Shown here: positions 8,858 through 18,563 of the stretch, one piece after another | How the letters are laid out: each line of letters begins with the position of its first letter | Numbering within the stretch: the stretch's first letter is position 1 | From: Actinomycetota bacterium | GTDB taxonomy: Bacteria > Actinomycetota > UBA4738 > HRBIN12 | DNA length: 64,000 bases | NCBI GenBank assembly: GCA_036519575.1 | Contig: DATDKZ010000162.1 | Span: forward strand, 1,628-65,627 | Reading direction: 5' to 3' | Notes under the pieces: generated by a model | Databases searched by the model: none | Told to the model about the DNA's origin: nothing | The model's input: the letters and a program-made list of their open reading frames with translations, nothing else | Position numbers and translations under genes: made by a program

Positions 8858-11029
8858 TTGGCCGTCAAGACAACGCCTGAACGGGCTCCCAAGAGCCCCA
8901 AGCGCACTCCCCGGCAGCCCCCGAAGAAGCGAGGGTTCCTCCGCCGGTACTGGTGGGCCTTCGCCGCCGCGCCCTTCGTGCTGCTGTTCCTGCTGCTGGC
9001 CACGCTGCTGTTCGTGTACTCGAGGCTGGACCTGCCGGCCACCCCGCCGCCGCTGCAAACCACCTACATCCTTGACCGGGAGGGCAACGTTCTGGGGACT
9101 TTCCACGCCTCGGTGGACCGCACGATCGTTCCGTTCAACCGGATGCCAAAGAGTCTCCGCGATGCCGTGATCGCCGCCGAGGACCAGGGGTTCTACGAGC
9201 ATTCAGGCATCGACGCTTTGGGCGTCATGCGGGCGGCGTGGAACGACCTCATCGCCCACGAGGTGGTCCAGGGCGGGTCCACCATCACCATGCAGCTGGT
9301 GAAGAACGTCTATGCCGGCCATTACGAAACCGACCGCAAGACTGGCCAGACCACCTACGTGGTCCCGCCCCGGACGTTCACCCAGAAGGTCCGGGAGGCG
9401 CTCCTGGCCATGAAGCTGGAGCGGACCTACTCCAAGGACGAGATCCTGGCCAAGTACCTGAACACGATCTACTTCGGGCACGGCGCGTACGGTGTGGAGG
9501 CGGCGGCCCAGGCGTACTGGGGCATCCACGCGAGCGAGCTCAACATGATCCGCTCGGCCACCCTCGCCGGCCTGATCTCCAGCCCCTCGCTATTCGATCC
9601 GATCGACCACCCCATCGACGCCGAGATCCGCCGGAACTACGTCCTGGACCGGATGGCGGCACTCGGCACCATCTCTCCGGAGCGTGCCGCTCGGCTGAAG
9701 CTCCAGGACGTCCGGACCCATCCCTCCGACGGCAACCTCAGCTTCCCGCCGAAGCTCGGCTACTTCCTCGATTACACCAAGCGGGCCCTGATCGCGAAAT
9801 ACGACGAGGCCCAGGTGTTCGGCGGCGGCCTGAAGGTCATCACCGGCCTGGACCCCCAGATGCAGGCGGCGGCAGAGGCTGCCGTGGCGGCCCGGCTGGA
9901 CACGCCCGGCGACCCGGAGGCGGCGGTGGTGGCCATCGACCCGGCGACCGGCGAGGTCAGGGCCATGTACGGCGGCCGCAACTGGGGGACGTCGCAGGTG
10001 AACCTGGCGACCGGTGACGGAGGCACCGGGAGGCAGGCCGGCTCGGCGTTCAAGCCGTTCACGCTGACCGCGGCGATGGAGGCCAATGTTTCGCTGTCCT
10101 CCCGGTGGTACGGCCCGGGGACCATCACGATCCAGGATCCCCGGTGCTACACCGACGGGGAGCCCTGGACCCTGTCCAACGCCAGTGACGAGGAGAGCGG
10201 CACGTTCAGCCTTGCCACCGCTACCGCCTATTCCGTGAACACCGTCTTCGCCCAAGTCGCCTCCCTGGTCGGCCCCGATGCGGTGGCCGACGCGGCCCAC
10301 CGGATGGGGATCCGATCGAAGCTCCAGCCCGTGTGCTCGATCACCCTCGGCACGCAGGCCGTGACACCGCTGGAGATGACCAACGCCTACGCCACCCTGG
10401 CGGCACGCGGTATCCGGCGGTGGGCCACGCCGGTCCACGCCGTTCGGGATGCGAGCGGCTCGGTCCTCGACCGGACGACGAGCGGCAGGGGCAAGCGGGT
10501 CATCTCTTCCAACGACGCGGACCTGGTGACCTACGCGCTCGAGAACGTGATCCGATACGGGACTGGGACGAGCGCAAGCATCGGCCGGCCGGCGGCCGGC
10601 AAGACCGGCACGGCGCAGGATTACGTCGACGCGTGGTTTTGCGGCTACGTGCCCCGGCTGGCCACCTGCGTATGGATCGGGTACCCGAAGGGCGAGATCC
10701 CGTTGGAGAACGTGGAGGGGTACTCGGCCGTGTACGGCGGCACGATCCCCGCCCTCATCTGGCACGACTTCATGTTGAAGGCGACGGAACGCATGCCTGT
10801 CCAGGAGTTCCCCACGCCCTCGTTCGAGGGATACACGACCGGGGCGCCGACGCCCCCGCCCCCGCCCTCGCCGTCGGAGAGCCCGGAGCCCACGCGGACC
10901 CCGTCCCCGACGCCCTCCCCGCCGCCGAGCCCGATCCCCTCGCCCACCGAGTCCCTCCCGCCGAGCCCGACGCTGCTGCCGACGCCGTCGCCGTCGGGCG
11001 CCGCTGCGGCGCGTGGCCCGGGTGGATGA
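8858..11029 (+). CDS. ponA: Class A penicillin-binding protein (PonA1-like transglycosylase/transpeptidase), Pro-rich C-terminus
   Basis: 723 aa: basic N-terminus, TM helix, GT51 motifs (EDQGFYEHSGID, GGSTITMQLVKN), transpeptidase SAFKPF. TTG is the only start available after the upstream in-frame stop at 8843. Confidence 0.85.
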   Translation: MAVKTTPERAPKSPKRTPRQPPKKRGFLRRYWWAFAAAPFVLLFLLLATLLFVYSRLDLPATPPPLQTTYILDREGNVLGTFHASVDRTIVPFNRMPKSLRDAVIAAEDQGFYEHSGIDALGVMRAAWNDLIAHEVVQGGSTITMQLVKNVYAGHYETDRKTGQTTYVVPPRTFTQKVREALLAMKLERTYSKDEILAKYLNTIYFGHGAYGVEAAAQAYWGIHASELNMIRSATLAGLISSPSLFDPIDHPIDAEIRRNYVLDRMAALGTISPERAARLKLQDVRTHPSDGNLSFPPKLGYFLDYTKRALIAKYDEAQVFGGGLKVITGLDPQMQAAAEAAVAARLDTPGDPEAAVVAIDPATGEVRAMYGGRNWGTSQVNLATGDGGTGRQAGSAFKPFTLTAAMEANVSLSSRWYGPGTITIQDPRCYTDGEPWTLSNASDEESGTFSLATATAYSVNTVFAQVASLVGPDAVADAAHRMGIRSKLQPVCSITLGTQAVTPLEMTNAYATLAARGIRRWATPVHAVRDASGSVLDRTTSGRGKRVISSNDADLVTYALENVIRYGTGTSASIGRPAAGKTGTAQDYVDAWFCGYVPRLATCVWIGYPKGEIPLENVEGYSAVYGGTIPALIWHDFMLKATERMPVQEFPTPSFEGYTTGAPTPPPPPSPSESPEPTRTPSPTPSPPPSPIPSPTESLPPSPTLLPTPSPSGAAAARGPGG

Positions 11030-11047
11030 GAACAGGGCCTGCGAGGC

Positions 11048-13222
11048 CTATGTGACGGCGAACTCTCGGGGTCCCGGGACCGACTCGAGCGGAAGCGTGG
11101 CCACGACCGTCGTCCCCCGTCCCGGGGTGGAATGCACCATGAACGTCCCGTTGGCGAGCTCGACTCGCTCGCGCATGGAGGCCAGGCCGACCCGGCCCAT
11201 CCGGAGGAACTCCCGGGCCTTGGCCGCATCGAAGCCCACGCCGTCGTCGATGATCTCGATCCGGAGCTGGCCGGCGACGGCCTCGACCGCGACCCCGATC
11301 CGCACGGCCTCGGCGTGCTTGCCCGCGTTCGACAGGGCCTCCTGCACCACCCGGTAGGCCAGGGTCTCCAGGTCCTGCGGGACCTCACCGACTCCCTGGG
11401 CGGCGAACTCGGCGTCGAGCTTGTTCTCGCGGCCGAACTTCTCCACGGTCTCCCGGAGGGCGGGCACCAGGCCCCGCTCCTCGAGCAGCGGGGGGCGGAG
11501 GCCGGCCATCAGCCGGCGAAGGTTGTCGGCCTCCTCGGCCAGCTCTTGGCGGACCTTGGTCAGGACCTCCATCCCCTCCCCGTCCTCGCCCGCTTTCAAC
11601 ATCAGGAGCACGGCCTCGAGCGAGAGCGACGCGGCCGACACGCCTTGCACCGGCCCGTCGTGGAGGTCGCGGGCGATGCGGTTGCGCTCGCTCTCGATGG
11701 CCGCGTTGGTCCGGCGCATGATCCGGGTCCGGTCCTCGTCGCGGTCCTGGAGGAACTTGAACAGGGAGCGGATGGTCTGGTCGGCGACGCGCTGGGCCGA
11801 GACGTCACGGACGAGCAGCAGCCGCCTCGGAGGGGCGCCCGGGATCTCCGAGGTGCGTGCCTCGAGATAGGTGGCGTTCCCCTCCTGGAGGAGCTTGCCC
11901 TGGCCGGTCGTCGGGAGGGCGGTGAAGGACTCGTCGGCCTCGATCGCGGCGGCGAGTGCCACCCATGGCTGGCCCTCGACCATGCTCTGGGGCAGGTCGA
12001 GCATGCTGCAGAAGGCCTCGTTGGCCCGAACGATCACGTCCTTGTGGTCCAGCTCCACGATGCCGTCAACAGCAGCTTCGAACACCAGCCGCAGGCGCTC
12101 CTCCGATTCGCGCAGCGTCTCGTTCGCCCGTTGAAGGCGCGCAAGCGCTTTGTCGGTCTCCCGCAGCGCCGCCTCCTTGGCTTCGAGCGCATCCTGGGCG
12201 TCGCGCGTGGCCTGGGTGCTCCGAAGCTGGTTCACCAGGATCCGAACCGCGACGGCCACACCGAGCACGTAGATGAGTCCGGAGGCCTGGACGGAACCGA
12301 TGATCGAGTTCGTCTCCATGGCCGCAACCAATCCCAGTGCGGCGCATGCGGTAGCCACGGCCACCGTGGTCAGTAGGGCGCGGCCAAATCGGGAGGGATG
12401 GGCGACCTGCCCATCGCCCATCCGCCTAGGCGCCGCGGTGACCACGAACGCCAGCCCCAGCGCACCGAGCGCGAGTGGGAGATCCACCGCGGACCGCCCC
12501 GACGTGTAGGTCCCACGGACCCACTGCTCGGCGAAGACCACCGCGCCGGCCGAGAAGGCGGCGATCGTGACGAACTGGCCGAGATGGGCGAGCGACGGGA
12601 CCCACAGGACGAGGGCTCCGTACGCTGTCAGCGCCGTGGCCACCATGATCGCGAACACGCCCGCCGACAGTGACTCGGTCGAGGTCGCCAGGGCGGGACG
12701 AAGTGCGAGGTACAGGATGACGGCGATGGAGGTCGCACCGAGGGCCACGTCGGCCGCGATCTGGCCTCGGAGCTCCTTCCGGAAGTGCTGACGGTACTCG
12801 ATCTCGATGGGGATGAAGAAGATGGCCCCGATGAGCAGGAAGAGGGAGTCGTAGGGGCTCGGTGAATACTCGATGCCGCTGCGAAAGTCATTGAACATGA
12901 ACAGGACGGCCACGACGGCCATCGCCAGGATTCCGAACGCAAGGAACGGCAGGCTCCGGAGGAGGCCGGCGGATCGAACCCTCCATAGGATGACGCCGGC
13001 CGACAGCACACAGGCCGCGGCGAGGACCGCGTCGTGGAGGCCGTCGGCGTCGACCAGCGAGGCACCCTCCAAGAGGTGGGTTGTGACCACCCCCGCCATG
13101 GCGACGCCGAGGACGCCAAGGACGAACCAGGTCGAGCGGCGGCGTGCCGCTTGGGTCGACATCATCGGCCCACTATGTTGCCTCGGAGGAAGGCTGGACT
13201 CCATCACCTGCATGGCGGTCAC
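11048..13222 (-). CDS. Membrane sensor histidine kinase (about 10 TM helices, PAS, HisKA_3, HATPase; NarL-partner type)
   Basis: H-box ARDLHDGPVQ and an ATPase G-box. Downstream of and co-oriented with a LuxR-type response regulator. Start uncertain (GTG 13222 or ATG-ATG at 13167). Confidence 0.8.
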   Translation of the reverse strand: MTAMQVMESSLPPRQHSGPMMSTQAARRRSTWFVLGVLGVAMAGVVTTHLLEGASLVDADGLHDAVLAAACVLSAGVILWRVRSAGLLRSLPFLAFGILAMAVVAVLFMFNDFRSGIEYSPSPYDSLFLLIGAIFFIPIEIEYRQHFRKELRGQIAADVALGATSIAVILYLALRPALATSTESLSAGVFAIMVATALTAYGALVLWVPSLAHLGQFVTIAAFSAGAVVFAEQWVRGTYTSGRSAVDLPLALGALGLAFVVTAAPRRMGDGQVAHPSRFGRALLTTVAVATACAALGLVAAMETNSIIGSVQASGLIYVLGVAVAVRILVNQLRSTQATRDAQDALEAKEAALRETDKALARLQRANETLRESEERLRLVFEAAVDGIVELDHKDVIVRANEAFCSMLDLPQSMVEGQPWVALAAAIEADESFTALPTTGQGKLLQEGNATYLEARTSEIPGAPPRRLLLVRDVSAQRVADQTIRSLFKFLQDRDEDRTRIMRRTNAAIESERNRIARDLHDGPVQGVSAASLSLEAVLLMLKAGEDGEGMEVLTKVRQELAEEADNLRRLMAGLRPPLLEERGLVPALRETVEKFGRENKLDAEFAAQGVGEVPQDLETLAYRVVQEALSNAGKHAEAVRIGVAVEAVAGQLRIEIIDDGVGFDAAKAREFLRMGRVGLASMRERVELANGTFMVHSTPGRGTTVVATLPLESVPGPREFAVT

Positions 13223-13278
13223 CGGGGGATTAGGGCCTAGGCCAGTTGGAGGACGACGAGTGCTGTCCCCCGGCCGAG

Positions 13279-13917
13279 CTACTCGATGAGACGCCGGCGG
13301 AGCGCCTCGGCAACCGCCGCCGTGCGGTCGGACGCCCCGAGCTTCTCGAAGATGTGCTCGAGGTGGGTCTTCACCGTGTCGGGCGAGATGTACAGGCGCT
13401 CGGCGATATCCCGGTTGGTGTGTCCGAACGCGAGCAGCTGGAGGACCTCGATCTCCCGCGCCGTGAGCGTCTCCGCCTTGCGGTCGCGCTCCTTGGCCTG
13501 TGACAGCTCCTCCGCCAGAGCCACCACGAGTTGGGGGTCGATGACCATGTTTCCCCCGGCGACCAGGCGAACGGTCTGGATGAGGTGCTCGGCGTCGCGG
13601 GCTTTCAGCACGTAGCCCCGCGCTCCGGACCGAACCGCCTCCACCACGAACTGGCGGTCGTCGTAGGCGGTCAGCATGATCACGCCGACCTTCGGGAAGC
13701 GGTCACGGATCAGCCTGGCCGCCTCCAGGCCGTCCATCTCCGGCATCCGGATGTCGACCAGGGCGATGTCCGGTTTTTGCTGCTCCACGAGGTCAAGGAG
13801 CTCCTGGCCGTTCGACGCCTCACCCACGACCTCGATGCCATCCGCCATGTCGAGGTATCGGCGAAGGCCCTGCCGAACCAGCGAGTGGTCGTCCGCGATG
13901 CCTACACGTATGGTCAC
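13279..13917 (-). CDS. LuxR/NarL-family response regulator
   Basis: REC domain with IADDHSLVRQG plus a C-terminal LuxR HTH. GTG start preceded by GGAGGGAG. Confidence 0.85.
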   Translation of the reverse strand: MTIRVGIADDHSLVRQGLRRYLDMADGIEVVGEASNGQELLDLVEQQKPDIALVDIRMPEMDGLEAARLIRDRFPKVGVIMLTAYDDRQFVVEAVRSGARGYVLKARDAEHLIQTVRLVAGGNMVIDPQLVVALAEELSQAKERDRKAETLTAREIEVLQLLAFGHTNRDIAERLYISPDTVKTHLEHIFEKLGASDRTAAVAEALRRRLIE

Positions 13918-14203
13918 CCGAGGCTCCCTCCGCCCACGGCCCGACTCCCTGGCCCATCCTATATGTCGGCCCGGCCGGCCTAAAGATGTAGTAACAATCT
14001 TGGCGAGCCCCTGACCAGGGGAGAAGCTCATCCTGCCAACCTGCTGGCAACCGGGTGACCCGCGAGAGCTCTCGATCACGTCGTGGTCTCAGAGCCGCGA
14101 TCCGAGTGACCTCTCGGTGACGCGCATCCTATTCATCCGCCGCAAGAGGACCGGTCTTTTGCAGGTGATCCTTTTTGGCCGAATGGCCTATCCCAGGAAC
14201 GAA

Positions 14204-14256
14204 GGTCCGCTGCTACCCTCGGGGGACAGAAGAATCCCCCGAATGGGGGAAGGACC
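14204..14256 (+). promoter_or_regulatory. Structured RNA-like element: GGUCC/GGACC outer stem enclosing two mutually exclusive G5/C5 hairpins
   Basis: CGGGGGAcagaagaaUCCCCCG and CCCCCGaauGGGGG share the same C5 run. Lies in a lower-GC pocket 20 nt upstream of the small-ORF GTG. Confidence 0.25.
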
Positions 14257-14276
14257 GAAAGAAGGGAAGGCACAGG

Positions 14277-14402
14277 GTGAACACTCATCTCCCCGCGCTG
14301 TGGATCGCATTCGCCGTGGCTGCGGCGCTCGTAATATTCCTGGTCGTTCACACAGCCCTGGAAGCCTTCTCCCAGACCAGCAGCCTGCTGGCAGGCACGT
14401 AG
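14277..14402 (+). CDS. Small membrane peptide (41 aa from GTG; 75 aa if the ATG at 14175 is used)
   Basis: VNTHLPALWIAFAVAAALVIFLVVHTALEAFSQTSSLLAGT gives a single TM helix. GAAGGGAAGG lies upstream of the GTG. Rare codons (GTA ATA) suggest atypical composition. Confidence 0.3.
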   Translation: MNTHLPALWIAFAVAAALVIFLVVHTALEAFSQTSSLLAGT

Positions 14403-14460
14403 TCGCTTCGAGCACCTCCAGGGCTCCAACCGTCGCACGGTGAACCGAGGCGGACGCGGC

Positions 14461-15618
14461 TTAGAAGATGTAGTACCAGTTCACGAACAGCACCACGAGA
14501 AGCGCGAGCCCGGCGGCCCCCACGGCGGCTACGGCCTTCTCGGGGATGCGCCATCGCTCGGTGAGCTCCGCCAAGGCCCAGAACGCCGGGAAGAGGGGAA
14601 GAACGAACCGGGGCATCGACATGAGCGGGCGGTCGGCGAACACGAACGAAAGCGGGATCAGCAGGCCGCCCCACAGGTACACCGAATACGCGGGTCGGTA
14701 CCGGAGCAAAGCGAAGACCGATGCTCCGACCACCGGCACAACGATCAACCAGTCGATCAGCCAGTACCCCCCGTTCGCGTTCCCCAGGTACCGGAACGCA
14801 TCGCGTGTGCCATCGACAACGGTGGCCCACGGCGAGGAGAACGTGCGCTGCCAATTGGCCTGCTGGTCGATGGGAGCCAGCCAATCGCCCACCTTCGCCC
14901 ACCAATATGCGAGGTAGGCAAGCGTGCCGAGCCCGACGGCCACCGCCGCCACGAGACCCGGCAGGACCGACCCGCGACCCTCGCTTCGCTGATGGAAGGC
15001 CTCCACGACCAGGGCAGGCGCCAGCACGATCCCGACGTTCCTGGTCAGGGCGGCCAGCGCCCCGGCGGCGCCGGCCGCCGCCCATCTCCGGGATCTCGCC
15101 GCCCAGAAGGTCGTCGCCGCAAGGAGCAGGAACAACGACTCGCTGTAGGGAGCAAAGAAGAAGAAGGACGTGGGAAACAGCGCGACGAGCAGGACGGTCC
15201 GTCGTGCCGTCGCGATCGAGCGCTCCGACGCCGTAAGGGCGTACACCACGCACAGCCCGCATGCGATCGCGGCGTTCGAGACCAAGAGCGCGGCCCCGAA
15301 CGGGTGGCCCCCCATGACCCACGAGACCGCCCGGATGGCCAGTGGGTACAACGGAAAGAAGGCAGCGCTCCCGTCACCTGTCCGGTACCCGCTCGAGGCG
15401 ATCCGCAGGAACCACAGCGCGTCGAAACGTTCGAAGCTGGTGAAGGCGTTCTGCCATCCGGGGTCGGGAAGGGGCTGCGCTCGCCAGCCGGGGACCGAGA
15501 CGGGCTTGAGCGGAGGGAACAGCTCGACGGCCACGAGCCCGAGGATCAGCAGCCCCAAGCGCACCGCGAGGAAGACCGCCAGGCTGTAGCGGATCCCCTG
15601 CCGTGACTCGGGCCTCAC
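14461..15618 (-). CDS. GT-C fold polytopic membrane glycosyltransferase (PIG-V/Mannosyl_trans2-like)
   Basis: 386 aa from GTG, about 9 TM helices, FFPLYPLAIRAV motif. The GTG overlaps the upstream gene's stop (GTGA). Confidence 0.6.
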   Translation of the reverse strand: MRPESRQGIRYSLAVFLAVRLGLLILGLVAVELFPPLKPVSVPGWRAQPLPDPGWQNAFTSFERFDALWFLRIASSGYRTGDGSAAFFPLYPLAIRAVSWVMGGHPFGAALLVSNAAIACGLCVVYALTASERSIATARRTVLLVALFPTSFFFFAPYSESLFLLLAATTFWAARSRRWAAAGAAGALAALTRNVGIVLAPALVVEAFHQRSEGRGSVLPGLVAAVAVGLGTLAYLAYWWAKVGDWLAPIDQQANWQRTFSSPWATVVDGTRDAFRYLGNANGGYWLIDWLIVVPVVGASVFALLRYRPAYSVYLWGGLLIPLSFVFADRPLMSMPRFVLPLFPAFWALAELTERWRIPEKAVAAVGAAGLALLVVLFVNWYYIF

Positions 15619-16835
15619 GCGGGAACGTCCGCCAGCGCGGGGGCGGGAGACAGATGTACGTCCTCCGACTCCGGCCGGCGAACCCAGGCGACCAGGCACC
15701 ACACCAGGATGGCTGCCCGCACCAGGACGGCCACCTCGAAGGCGCCGATGGGAAGCCCGCCCACGCCCGTGTACCGACCGAACCAGGAGAACCGGGTCAG
15801 GAACACCGCCACGTCGACCGCCTCGAAGGCGGCGAACAGGCGAAGGTTCGGAAGCGCCAGGGCGAACCAGGGGAGCAACCACAACCCGTACTGAGGGGAG
15901 TACACCTTGTTCGTCAGCAGGAACGCCACCAGAAGGGCGAACCCGAACGTCCAGCGGGGGAAGTTCGGCACGACCCTGCGACGGAGCCGGTAGAGGAGGA
16001 TCGAGGCCGCCGCGAACAGGACGAGCGAAAGGACGTTGATGAGAGGTGTGTGGCCGCAGTACAGCTCGCCGGTGAGCCGATGGCAGGCGATGAACCACAG
16101 GCTGTCCCAGTCGGCCGGACGGTCACGGTTGAAAGCGAAGAACTGCCACCAGCCCTTGGGGGCGGCCAACGCGAACGGTAGGTTCACCGCCACCCACGCG
16201 CCGGCCCCGGCCCAGGCGAGATGGATGCCCCGGTCCGGCTCGCGATCCCGGAACCGTCCCAGGACGAACGGCACGACCAAGAGGGCGGGATAGAACTTGG
16301 TCGCGGCTCCCAAGCCGAGCAGCGCTCCGGCCCAGACGTCGCGCCGGTTCAGGTAGGCGAGCGTCGCTCCCGTGGCGAATGCGACCGCCAACAGGTCCCA
16401 GTTCATGAAGCCGTAGATGAGGAGCGTGGGCGCGACTGCGAAGTAGAGGGCCCGGGACCCCACGAGCAGGTACAGGCACACGAGCACGACGAACGCCGCG
16501 ATCGAGAGCAGCAGGACGTTCGAGTAGAAGAACCCTGCGAAACCCACCGACATCCAGGCGGCAACGCGCATGGCGTACATCGAGAGCACCGGGTACTCGT
16601 CGCATTTCTGGCCTCCGTCGGGGACGCAGGCGTCCAGATAGGGGAGCCGGCCGCCGGTGAGGTCCTCGGTTTCGTACAGGGCCACGATGTCCGAATAGCA
16701 GTACGAGCGATACGCCCGGCCGTCGCCCCAGTCGCCGCCGGCGCAGGGAGCCTTGAGCGTGATCCCCAGCGCCAGCGTGCCCGCGAGGCAGGCCATGACC
16801 AGCCCCAGTCCGATCTGCTTCGCGGGCAGCGCCAC
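15615..16835 (-). CDS. GT-C fold membrane glycosyltransferase (DUF2029/GT87-like, polyprenyl-phospho-sugar dependent)
   Basis: 406 aa polytopic protein with periplasmic-loop Asp/Glu motifs and KFYP; GTG start. Confidence 0.6.
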   Translation of the reverse strand: MALPAKQIGLGLVMACLAGTLALGITLKAPCAGGDWGDGRAYRSYCYSDIVALYETEDLTGGRLPYLDACVPDGGQKCDEYPVLSMYAMRVAAWMSVGFAGFFYSNVLLLSIAAFVVLVCLYLLVGSRALYFAVAPTLLIYGFMNWDLLAVAFATGATLAYLNRRDVWAGALLGLGAATKFYPALLVVPFVLGRFRDREPDRGIHLAWAGAGAWVAVNLPFALAAPKGWWQFFAFNRDRPADWDSLWFIACHRLTGELYCGHTPLINVLSLVLFAAASILLYRLRRRVVPNFPRWTFGFALLVAFLLTNKVYSPQYGLWLLPWFALALPNLRLFAAFEAVDVAVFLTRFSWFGRYTGVGGLPIGAFEVAVLVRAAILVWCLVAWVRRPESEDVHLSPAPALADVPA

Positions 16836-17009
16836 GAGGCCGATTATCCGCCCCGGCGAGGTCGGGCCGAGAGGTCGTCACCCCCGAGATGGGGTGCGGG
16901 CCCCCCGAGACGGAGGCGCCGCAGCCTCACCTGTAAGCGCAACGCCGCGCCGTTCGACGGGTAGAAGCAGGGACCCGGTTTGAAGTGGGATTCGGGGGCC
17001 GGGCGCCGA

Positions 17010-17696
17010 CTAGATCGAGATCAAGCCGTGCTTTACGGCGAAGGCCACGGCCTCCAACTTGGAGTGAACCCCGAGCTTGGCCAGCAGGTTCCGGACGTGG
17101 GTCTGGACGGTCTGGGGGCTGATGAAGAGTTTGTGGGCGATGCCTTCGTTCCGCATCCCCTGGGCCAGGAGTTGGAGAACCTCCCGTTCCCGTTCGGTGA
17201 GTTCCCCGAGGAGCGCTTCGGCATCGCGGCGAGCTTCCCGTTCCATCGATACCTGGTGGAGGAGCCGGGTCAGGGTCGCGGGGTCGATCAGCACCTCCCC
17301 CTCGGCCGCAGCCTTTGCTGCGGAGAGGACCTCGCCGGCGGCCTCCTCCTTGCCCAGGAACCCCGATGCCCCCGCCTCGACCGCCTCCACCAGGAGCCGG
17401 TCGTCGTCGTGGGCCGTCATGATGACGACCTTCGTCGCCGGCGAGACCTCCTTGATCATGCGGGTAGCCTTGATGCCGTCCATATGGCCCTTGAACACGA
17501 TGTCCATCAGCACGACATCGGGCTGATGCTCGCGGCACAGCTCGATGGCCTCCTCGGGCACGTGAACGGGGGCGGCGATCATCCGGAGTGAACCGTCCCG
17601 CTCCACCACCATGGCCAGAGCGTCGGTGAGGATCTTGTGGTCGTCGCAGATCAGTAGGGTGGTCGGCCGGTTGGCATCGCTCGACACGTCTGTCAC
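17010..17696 (-). CDS. LuxR/NarL-family response regulator
   Basis: REC domain (LLICDDHKIL…VVLMD) plus LuxR HTH. GTG start overlaps the upstream kinase stop. Confidence 0.85.
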   Translation of the reverse strand: MTDVSSDANRPTTLLICDDHKILTDALAMVVERDGSLRMIAAPVHVPEEAIELCREHQPDVVLMDIVFKGHMDGIKATRMIKEVSPATKVVIMTAHDDDRLLVEAVEAGASGFLGKEEAAGEVLSAAKAAAEGEVLIDPATLTRLLHQVSMEREARRDAEALLGELTEREREVLQLLAQGMRNEGIAHKLFISPQTVQTHVRNLLAKLGVHSKLEAVAFAVKHGLISI

Positions 17697-18487
17697 CTTC
17701 CTGGAAGCGTGACCCTGAGCATGATTCCCCTGTCCCTTTCGTCCTCGATATCGATGCGCCCGCCCATGGCCTTGAGATGCGCCCGACAGATGAACAGCCC
17801 GAGCCCGGCGCCGGGGGTCCCCTCGTACCCAGGGGGGCGCCACTCGTTGAACTGCCCGAAGACCTCTTCCCGGAGCTCCGCGGGGATCCCTGGGCCCCGG
17901 TCGGCAACCTCCACGACCGCCTCCCCACCCGGCGACCGGAAGGCCCTGACCTCGATCGGCGCGTCGGGTGGAGAGAACTTCGATGCGTTGTCGAGCAGGT
18001 GGGCGATGATCTCGGACATGCGTGTCCGGTCGAGCGGCGCGATAAGGCCGTCCTCCACTTCCACCACCATTGCGTGCTGGCCGCTCGGCGTGCGCCACGC
18101 GACCTCCTGGACCAACGCGCCCAGATCCTCGTCTCGGACCTGGTAGGTGAGCTGGCCCGCGTCAATCCGAAGGGCGGTGGAGATCTCATCGGCGATGAGC
18201 CTGAGCCTGTTGGCCTCCGCGTCGATCAGCCGGAAGAACTCGAGTCGCTCGTCGTCGCTCATCGCCTCGTAGAGGCGGATGCCGGATGACGCGAGGCCTT
18301 TCACCGACATGATGGGGTTCTGGAGCTCGTGCCCGATCTTCGAGGTGATGTCGGCGCGCCGTACCACGTCCTCTGCCGGTCCGGCCCTTCGGCGCCTGCG
18401 GGCTCGGGCCAACACGAAGGCGGCGACGGCGAAGGCGACGAGGCCCGCCCCCACGCCGAACAGGAAGGCGCCGGCTGTGTCGCTCAC
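17693..18487 (-). CDS. Small sensor histidine kinase (one TM helix, HisKA, HATPase; no extracytoplasmic sensor domain)
   Basis: H-box SKIGHELQNPI, and G1/G2 boxes DRGPGIP / GLGL. Confidence 0.8.
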   Translation of the reverse strand: MSDTAGAFLFGVGAGLVAFAVAAFVLARARRRRRAGPAEDVVRRADITSKIGHELQNPIMSVKGLASSGIRLYEAMSDDERLEFFRLIDAEANRLRLIADEISTALRIDAGQLTYQVRDEDLGALVQEVAWRTPSGQHAMVVEVEDGLIAPLDRTRMSEIIAHLLDNASKFSPPDAPIEVRAFRSPGGEAVVEVADRGPGIPAELREEVFGQFNEWRPPGYEGTPGAGLGLFICRAHLKAMGGRIDIEDERDRGIMLRVTLPGR

Positions 18488-18563
18488 CGAGGCGGAGTGT
18501 AGGGCCTCCCGCCTGCCGGGCCCGGGAGGCGTGGCCAGACTCCGGTCGTGCTACTCGCGGCGG

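Noticed and set aside
13980-14030. Palindromic CCCCTGACCAGGGG as a terminator
   Set aside because: The loop is too short to form a stable hairpin and there is no upstream gene on either strand that it would terminate. It probably lies in the regulator promoter region by chance.
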